A DNA stretch of 64,000 bases from an uncultured bacterium. GTDB lineage: Bacteria > Krumholzibacteriota > Krumholzibacteriia > Krumholzibacteriales > Krumholzibacteriaceae. The notes beneath the pieces are model-generated. The model was not told where the DNA came from and did not search any database. It worked only from the letters and a program-made list of their open reading frames with translations. The stretch covers positions 192,001 through 256,000 of the forward strand of contig CAWFAD010000007.1 of assembly GCA_963813815.1 (NCBI GenBank). The letters are read 5' to 3'. Shown here in pieces: positions 57,944-64,000 of this stretch. Every line of letters starts with the position of its first letter. Position 1 is the first letter of the stretch. Made by a program: the position numbers and the translations under genes.

Positions 57944-59235
57944 AGATCGCCGATCCTCTGGTACATGTTCCGGGCGATCGCGATCTCCGCCGCGGCCGAC
58001 TCGAATCGGGCCGCGCCGGCGTGTTCCCGCGCCCGGGCGAGATGCGCATCGGCTCGCGCGGCGAGTTCTCTCGCGCCGGGTGCGGGGCAAGTATCAACGA
58101 GATTTTGCGTTTGTCCGCGCAGGGCTTCGGCGTCCGCGATCCGGGTCATGATCCGCTCGCGTGTGAGCGCGCCGTGTTCCTCGCGGACGGTCTTTCGCAG
58201 CGTTTCCATCGCGCGGTCGATGAGGGCGATGCCTTCATCGCCGCGGCCGGCGCCGATCGATTCTCCGGCGCGGTCGAGCATCTCTCCCACGCGCTCCATC
58301 GTTTCGGCCATGAGCGGATCGGGCGTTTCCCCTTCCGCGGCGGCCATCTGGCGGGAGCGATCGAGCAGCCGGTATCCCTCTTCGAGCCGGGCGGACGGGT
58401 TTCCCGCCGCTGCCGGCGGAACGCTGCGGACGATGCCGCGGAGCATCTGCTCGCACGTCTCGCAGGCCTGGCGCGCTTCGTCGTAGCGGCCGGCGGCGAG
58501 GAGTTCCTGCGCTTGCGCGAGCTTGCGTTCGGCCACGCGAAGCTCGGCGCGGATCTTTTCGTCGCCGCTCTCGTTCACCCGCTGGCGCGAGCGCTCAACG
58601 AGGCGCTCCATGAGCATGACGCGGCGCTCGACCGACTCCTTGAGCCTGCGGGTGTTCCGCACGTGATCTTCGGCCGTGATCGCGACCTGCCGGGCGTTCG
58701 TCGCGAGCCGGAAGGCGAGCTGGTAGCGATTCTGCTGGGCGTTCATGCGCGATTTGTCGAGCAGGCCGTTTCCCTCGTCGACGAGCTTGAGGGCGTGCTC
58801 GTCGCGCACGCCGCCCTCGATCATCTCGTCCCGAACGGTGATGAGACGCTCTCTGGCCTCTTCCGCCACCCGCTGGAGGCTCTCCTCGCTGCGCAGATCG
58901 CTTCGGGCGAGCGACATCGCGTGCCAGGCCTCCTTGCGCGCCTGAAGCGTCAGCCTCAGGGCGACGTGGTAGCTCGCGCCCCGATAATCGTTCCATGCGC
59001 GCGCCTGCAGCTCCGTGGCGAATCGAAGCGCCACGCGCGCCTTCTCGCTTCTCGATTCATCGATGAGCTGGCCGGCTCTCAAGATAATCTCGTCTGTTCG
59101 CTCGAGCGCCTCCTGAACCGCGAGGGCGTCCACGGTTCCCTGGGCGGGAACGGAAACCGGGCGGAGGGGCAAAAGCGCGAGGGCGAGGAAGAGCGCCGCG
59201 CCGATCGCTTTTATTTTCGTGTTATTACCGTTCAT
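57931..59235 (-). CDS. Hypothetical secreted all-alpha repeat protein
   Basis: AAGGAG RBS, signal peptide, repeated helical hairpins (A.......G.Y..A..L...AR). Confidence 0.7.
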   Translation of the reverse strand: MNGNNTKIKAIGAALFLALALLPLRPVSVPAQGTVDALAVQEALERTDEIILRAGQLIDESRSEKARVALRFATELQARAWNDYRGASYHVALRLTLQARKEAWHAMSLARSDLRSEESLQRVAEEARERLITVRDEMIEGGVRDEHALKLVDEGNGLLDKSRMNAQQNRYQLAFRLATNARQVAITAEDHVRNTRRLKESVERRVMLMERLVERSRQRVNESGDEKIRAELRVAERKLAQAQELLAAGRYDEARQACETCEQMLRGIVRSVPPAAAGNPSARLEEGYRLLDRSRQMAAAEGETPDPLMAETMERVGEMLDRAGESIGAGRGDEGIALIDRAMETLRKTVREEHGALTRERIMTRIADAEALRGQTQNLVDTCPAPGARELAARADAHLARAREHAGAARFESAAAEIAIARNMYQRIGDLCAR

Positions 59236-59281
59236 GGCAATTCAGCTCCTTTGCGCCTATATGTTGCCGCATTGGGGCGAG

Positions 59282-59409
59282 GCAACTCATATGCCACGAA
59301 GAGAAAATATCGTATCTCATTGTATATAAAAGTGTTATAGCCTCAGCTCCCCTGAGGGCGCCCCCTCTTTTGTACCGAACGGTGCACCGAAAATGACCCT
59401 CTGGGTACA
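59282..59409 (-). promoter_or_regulatory. sigma54 promoter with IHF-like site and two candidate enhancer sites
   Basis: Minus-strand TGGCATATGAGTTGC (59282-59296); TATAAAAGTGTTA (59325-59337); imperfect palindromes at 59371-59386 and 59394-59409. Confidence 0.75.
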
Positions 59410-59411
59410 AC

Positions 59412-60806
59412 TCACTCCCCGATCCCATCCGCTTCTCCTGCCTCGCAAAGCCCGAATTTTTCGAGTCTTCCGTAGAGGGCGCGCCTCGTGATGCCGAGCA
59501 TCGAGGCGGCGCGGCTCTTGTTTCCGTCGGCCGCCTGCAGCGCCAGCTCGACGAGGCGTTTCTCGATCTCCGGCAGCTCCATCTCACCGAGAAGGGATCG
59601 CAGACGCTCCTCGGCGGAGCCCCTGCCGGACGCGGCCCCTTCGATCATGATGTGCTGGGCGGCCACGGCGCCGCCGCCGGCGAGTATGGTCGCCCGTTCG
59701 AGGACGTTCCGCAGCTCCCGGACGTTGCCGGGCCACGGGTAGCCCTTGAGCTTCGCCGCGGTGTCGGCGGAGAGCTCGGGACCGCCGCCGGACCCGCCGC
59801 GTCCCGCGCCCTTCCATTCGCGCAGAAAATGCTCCGCGAGGACGACGATGTCCTCCTTGCGGTCGCGGAGCGGCGGTATCCGTATCGGAAACACGTTGAG
59901 CCGGTAGAAGAGGTCCTCGCGGAAGCGGCCCTCGCGGACGAGATTCTCGAGCTCGCGATTCGTGGCCGCGATGATCCGCACGTCCACGGTGACGGCCTTC
60001 GCGCTGCCGAGCGGGAGGAACTGTTTGAGCTCGATGGCGCGAAGGAGCTTGGCTTGGATGGGGAGCGGTATTTCGCCGATTTCGTCCATGAAGAGCGTGC
60101 CGCCCTCGGCGAGCTTGAACTGCCCGGGTCTGCGGGAATCGGCACCGGTGAACGCGCCCTTCTCGTGTCCGAAGAGCTCGGCCTCGAGGAGCGTTTCGGG
60201 AACCGCCGCCGCGTTGAGTATGATGAAGGGCCCCTTGGCCCGGGAGCTCTTCGCGTGAATCTCGGCGGCGACGAGCTCCTTGCCCGTGCCGCTCTCGCCG
60301 AGAATGAGGATGGGCGTATCGGCGCGCGCCACGAGACCGATGAGATCGCGCACGGAGCGTATCGCCGCCGAATCGCCGACGATCCGCTCGGCGTCCGGGC
60401 GCGGCGAAAGCTTGCTGCGGAGCGCCGCGTTCTCCGAGACGAGATCCCGCCGTTCGATGATGCGGCGCAGCAGCAGGATCACCTCGTCGAGGTGGAAGGG
60501 CTTGATGAGATATTCATACGCGCCCTGGCGCATCGCCTCGACGGCGGTCTCGGCGCTCGCGTACGCGGTCATGATGACGACGTCCGTTTCGGGCGCCGCT
60601 TTTTTGGTGCGGCGCAGGAGCTCGAGACCGTCCATGCCGGAGAGCCGCAGGTCGCAGAGAACGACGTCGATCTCCCCCCGCTCGATCGTGGGGAGCGCTT
60701 CCTCGGCGCTCCCCGCCGCGGTCGCTTCCATTCCCTCGGCCGAGATCCGTTCGGCCAGAAGCTCGGTGATTTTTCGTTCGTCGTCGATGATCAATATTCG
60801 GGTCAT
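59412..60806 (-). CDS. sigma54-dependent NtrC-family response regulator
   Basis: Receiver (ILIIDDE, CDL, KPF), GESGTGKE, GAFTGA, FMDEIGE, WPGNVREL, Fis-type HTH. Confidence 0.95.
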   Translation of the reverse strand: MTRILIIDDERKITELLAERISAEGMEATAAGSAEEALPTIERGEIDVVLCDLRLSGMDGLELLRRTKKAAPETDVVIMTAYASAETAVEAMRQGAYEYLIKPFHLDEVILLLRRIIERRDLVSENAALRSKLSPRPDAERIVGDSAAIRSVRDLIGLVARADTPILILGESGTGKELVAAEIHAKSSRAKGPFIILNAAAVPETLLEAELFGHEKGAFTGADSRRPGQFKLAEGGTLFMDEIGEIPLPIQAKLLRAIELKQFLPLGSAKAVTVDVRIIAATNRELENLVREGRFREDLFYRLNVFPIRIPPLRDRKEDIVVLAEHFLREWKGAGRGGSGGGPELSADTAAKLKGYPWPGNVRELRNVLERATILAGGGAVAAQHIMIEGAASGRGSAEERLRSLLGEMELPEIEKRLVELALQAADGNKSRAASMLGITRRALYGRLEKFGLCEAGEADGIGE

Positions 60807-60808
60807 GC

Positions 60809-62173
60809 TCACGCTCCGTCGCTGCCGCCGCCGGCGGCTCCGCTCGTCCGGTCCGGCGCGGGCAATGAGACGCTCACCGTCGTTCCCGCGCCCGGCTCGC
60901 TCTCGATCTCGATCTCTCCTCCGTGCGCCTCGATGATCTTTCTCGTGATGGCGAGCCCGAGCCCGCTTCCCTGGGATTTCGTCGTGAAGAACGGCTCGAA
61001 GATCCGGTCGATATCCCTCGGCGCGATTCCCGCGCCGGTGTCCCTGAAGCTCACGACGTAGCGCCCGTCCCCGTTCGCGAGGGAGACCGCGATCGTGCCG
61101 CCGGCCGGGAGCGCCTGCCGGGCGTTGATGAAGATGTTGAGAAACGCTTGCTGGAGGCGCCTCTCCTCGCCGATGAAGGGCGCCTCGGCGCGATCGAAGG
61201 ATGTTTCGATCCGGACGTAGGGCTCGGCGGCCGACTCGCGCAGGTTCCGCACGCACCGGTTGAGCGTCTCGACGAGATCCATCGGAGAGCGGCGCGACGG
61301 CTCGTCCTTCGCGAAAAGAAGGTAGTCGGTCAGAATGCCGTTCAGACGGTCGACCTCGTCCATGAAATAGCTCCTGATGTCGCTCCCGCTCTCGGGATGT
61401 TTTGCGGCCAGCTTTTCAGCGGCGCTTCTGATGATGAAGAGCGGGTTTCGTATCTCGTGCGCTATGCCCGCGGCCATGCGTCCCATGATGGCGAGCGTCT
61501 CCGCCCGCATGAGCGACTCGCGCGCCCTGACGAGGGAGGAAGTCGCGCGCAGCGCGAAGACCGTGAAGAGAACGATTCCGGCGACCGATATCCCCGTCAC
61601 GGCGATGAGAATGAGTCGCAGCCGGGCGAGCGCGTCGAGAAAATCCGCGTCCGCTTCGACCCCCACGAGCGCCACGACTTCCTCTCCGCCGGCCGGAAGG
61701 GGCGCGTATCCCGCCTTGAGGTAGGTGCCCCTCACCGTGTAGAGGTCGGTGGCCGCGGCTTCACCCTTCGAGGCGCGCCAGAGCGCCGGGTAGTCCGCGT
61801 GCCAGTGGGGATACTCGATCCCTTCGGGGTAGAGCGCGGGCTCGAGGCTCATGAGCGTGACGAAATCCTCGCCGAGAACGACGACGTTGAAGAGGTCGTG
61901 CTCGGCCCTGATCAGTTCGAACTCGGCGCGCATCAGCGACGACGCGAGGGAGTCGGTGAACGTCTCCCGCGTCGGCGGCGAGGGGGAATCGGAAACGCGG
62001 GCCGCGGCGAGCTCGGCGATCGCCGTGAGCCGCCTCCCGAACTCGCCGTCGAGGCTGCGCCGGGTCTCGGTGTAGTAGTACCAGCCGGCGAGCACGAGCG
62101 CCGCCGCGAGCACGACGACGGCGAGCGCCATCCACCCACTCCGCAAAAACGCAATTGATCGTGTCCGGTTCAT
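60809..62173 (-). CDS. Membrane sensor histidine kinase
   Basis: Two TM segments around a periplasmic domain; AHEIRNPL, N box, DTGAGI, FEPFFTTK, GSGLGL. Confidence 0.95.
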   Translation of the reverse strand: MNRTRSIAFLRSGWMALAVVVLAAALVLAGWYYYTETRRSLDGEFGRRLTAIAELAAARVSDSPSPPTRETFTDSLASSLMRAEFELIRAEHDLFNVVVLGEDFVTLMSLEPALYPEGIEYPHWHADYPALWRASKGEAAATDLYTVRGTYLKAGYAPLPAGGEEVVALVGVEADADFLDALARLRLILIAVTGISVAGIVLFTVFALRATSSLVRARESLMRAETLAIMGRMAAGIAHEIRNPLFIIRSAAEKLAAKHPESGSDIRSYFMDEVDRLNGILTDYLLFAKDEPSRRSPMDLVETLNRCVRNLRESAAEPYVRIETSFDRAEAPFIGEERRLQQAFLNIFINARQALPAGGTIAVSLANGDGRYVVSFRDTGAGIAPRDIDRIFEPFFTTKSQGSGLGLAITRKIIEAHGGEIEIESEPGAGTTVSVSLPAPDRTSGAAGGGSDGA

Positions 62174-62348
62174 CGGTTATATGCCTCGTTGCGATGCGCC
62201 CCACAGGATACGACCGGAGGATGGCGCGCGCAACAGATTTGCGCTTGTGCGCGCCCGGGGGAGGGGCGTACAGTTCTTTCGGGAGATTCGGTTCGCCGCC
62301 GATTCCCGCCGCCGGCCGGCGGCGAACGGCGGGGGAAAGGGTTGCGAC

Positions 62349-63322
62349 ATGATTCGAGAACATCTGATGAGGCGGCTCGGCGCCGCGGTCCTGCTCGCCT
62401 CCGCGCTCGCCGCGGCGTCCTGCGGCGGCGGGACCGGGGAAAAACGGGGCGCCGCCGGGCCCGACGAGCTCACCGTGCTTTTTTCGAGCGACCTTCTCGG
62501 CAAGATACGCTCCTGCGGATGCGCCGTCGAGGATATGGGAGGAGTCGGGCGGCGCGCGACGTACACGGAGCGGGTCCGCGCCTCGGTCCCGAATCTCATC
62601 GCGGTGGACGCGGGCGACGTCATGACTCCCGATCTCTCGTTTTCCCAGGTCGAGGCGGAGCTCGCGTTCGACGCGCTGAACGTGTGCCGGCTCGACGCCG
62701 TCACGCCGGGAGAGGCGGATTTCGTGTTCGGCCTTCCCTTCCTCAAGATGCTGGCGGGCCGTCTCACGATGCCCGTGATCGCGGCCAACGTCGTCGACGC
62801 GGCGACCGGGGAGCGGATCTTCGGCGACGCCTACACGGTGCGCACGCTCGCCGGAGGGCTCCGCGTCGGCATCATCGGCGTGATCGACGAGGGGATCAGG
62901 CTTCCGACCTACGTCGACGTGTCGAAGCTCGCCGTGCTCCCCGCGGAGGAGACGCTCCGCAAGCTCGCGCCGGAGCTCGAGGACAAGGCCGATTTTCTCA
63001 TTCTTCTGAGCCATATGGGTCTCGAGCGTTCGATCGCTCTCGCCAGGCGGATGGACATCTTCGATCTCATCGTCGTCGGCCACGGAAAGCCCGCTCTCAA
63101 GCAGCTCGAGAAGGAAGGAAAAACGATCATGCTCGCGACGGGGGGAGAGGGCCAGTACATCGGAAGGATCGATCTGCTCTCTCGGCCTCGGGCGAGATCG
63201 TCAACGGATCGCTGCGCGTCATTCCTCTCGAGGATGCGATCGAGGTGCACGAAGCGGTGAAAGATCTCTTCGCGCGGTACGGTCTCGAGCTCACCGAGAA
63301 GGAGCGGGACCCGAGGCACTGA
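62349..63322 (+). CDS. UshA/5'-nucleotidase N-terminal-like lipoprotein with CxC motif, frameshifted near 63177
   Basis: Lipobox; SSDLLG...CGC....GG..RR, VDAGD, LLSH.G, VGH, GRIDL; continues in another frame as ALSASGEIVNGSLRVIPLED. Confidence 0.7.
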
Positions 63323-63491
63323 CGCGGAGCGGAGCCGCGCGGGCCGATTCGATTAACCTGCTGCAATTTATGCAATTAAATTATCGTTGACAAGGCGCCG
63401 CGGGAGTATTAATTTACTGCGTGCGTTCGTTCGAGACGCGAGGCAACCCGCGCAACGTAGAAGCATCCACCTGTCACAAAGGAGCCCGTGT

Positions 63492-64000
63492 ATGTCGAAG
63501 CTTTTTAAATTCCTCGCAGTCGCGGTCCTTCTTTCGGGCGTTCTCGCCGGCTGCGGCGGCAAGCTCGATGACACCTACGTAGCGACCACTCTCAACGAGG
63601 CCGCGCGCGGCGAAATCGTGAGCCCGAACTTCAAATACAGCTTCGACACCCCGAGCATCATCGGCGCGGCCAAAAACGTCGCGCTCGTCCGCGAAGGAAA
63701 CATCATCGAGTTCTTCGTCGGCGACGGCCTCGCCGACAAGACGGGCCAGCTCGAGGGCAAGAAGTTCGTGGTGTACGCGCGCAAATATTTCACGCCGTAC
63801 ATCCATTTCATGGTCGATTTTATCATCTCCGGAGCCGACACGATCCAGGTCGGCGAAGTCGGCGTGCAGCTTCCGAACACGCGTCCGGCGGCCCAGTTCA
63901 CTCCTCCCGACGAGTACGAAGCGATCGACACCGCCAAGCTCACCTCCTCGCTCGGCGACCTGCGCGACATCGCGGACAAGAAGTTCAAGGTCGACGGCGC
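63492..64000 (+). CDS. Hypothetical lipoprotein, runs off the window edge
   Basis: AAGGAG RBS; MSKLFKFLAVAVLLSGVLAGC lipobox; frame open to the end; TTGACA at 63387. Not in the ORF track. Confidence 0.75.
   Translation, partial: MSKLFKFLAVAVLLSGVLAGCGGKLDDTYVATTLNEAARGEIVSPNFKYSFDTPSIIGAAKNVALVREGNIIEFFVGDGLADKTGQLEGKKFVVYARKYFTPYIHFMVDFIISGADTIQVGEVGVQLPNTRPAAQFTPPDEYEAIDTAKLTSSLGDLRDIADKKFKVDG

Noticed and set aside
62223..62256. GC-rich 11-bp hairpin in the divergent intergenic region
   Set aside because: No U-tract and composed of GC runs; likely by chance at this base composition.

Overview
A gene-dense, very GC-rich bacterial chromosomal segment from a diderm anaerobe. The Tol-Pal system, TolC, beta-barrel and a gingipain-like protease with a FlgD/T9SS-type C-terminal domain suggest an FCB-superphylum lineage such as Krumholzibacteriota/Latescibacterota (inference). 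It encodes pgeF (partial), threonine synthase, tolQRAB-pal-cpoB, two CNNM/CBS proteins, DUF1611, a Cas4/RecB-like nuclease, acpS, TolC, rnfABCDGE with apbE, pgi and ftcD (frameshifted). It continues with a TIM-barrel/SbcD/SMC-like trio, namZ-murU-amgK, a peptide-binding protein, clpB, secreted proteases, acyl-CoA dehydrogenase-etfBA-membrane Fe-S oxidoreductase, ferredoxin and a sigma54 two-component system. No rRNA, tRNA, CRISPR array or mobile element was recognised. Four items stand out: (1) a parB-less operon encoding a ParA ATPase fused to a glycogen-binding CBM48 domain plus two unknown partners, preceded by a leader ORF and terminator; (2) an unannotated promoter/28-bp G-U hairpin/terminator unit, a candidate sRNA; (3) a sigma54 envelope module of three unknown proteins with a readable enhancer/IHF/-24/-12 layout; (4) a sigma54+IHF promoter upstream of clpB. 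All calls come from manual motif recognition; no database searches were run.
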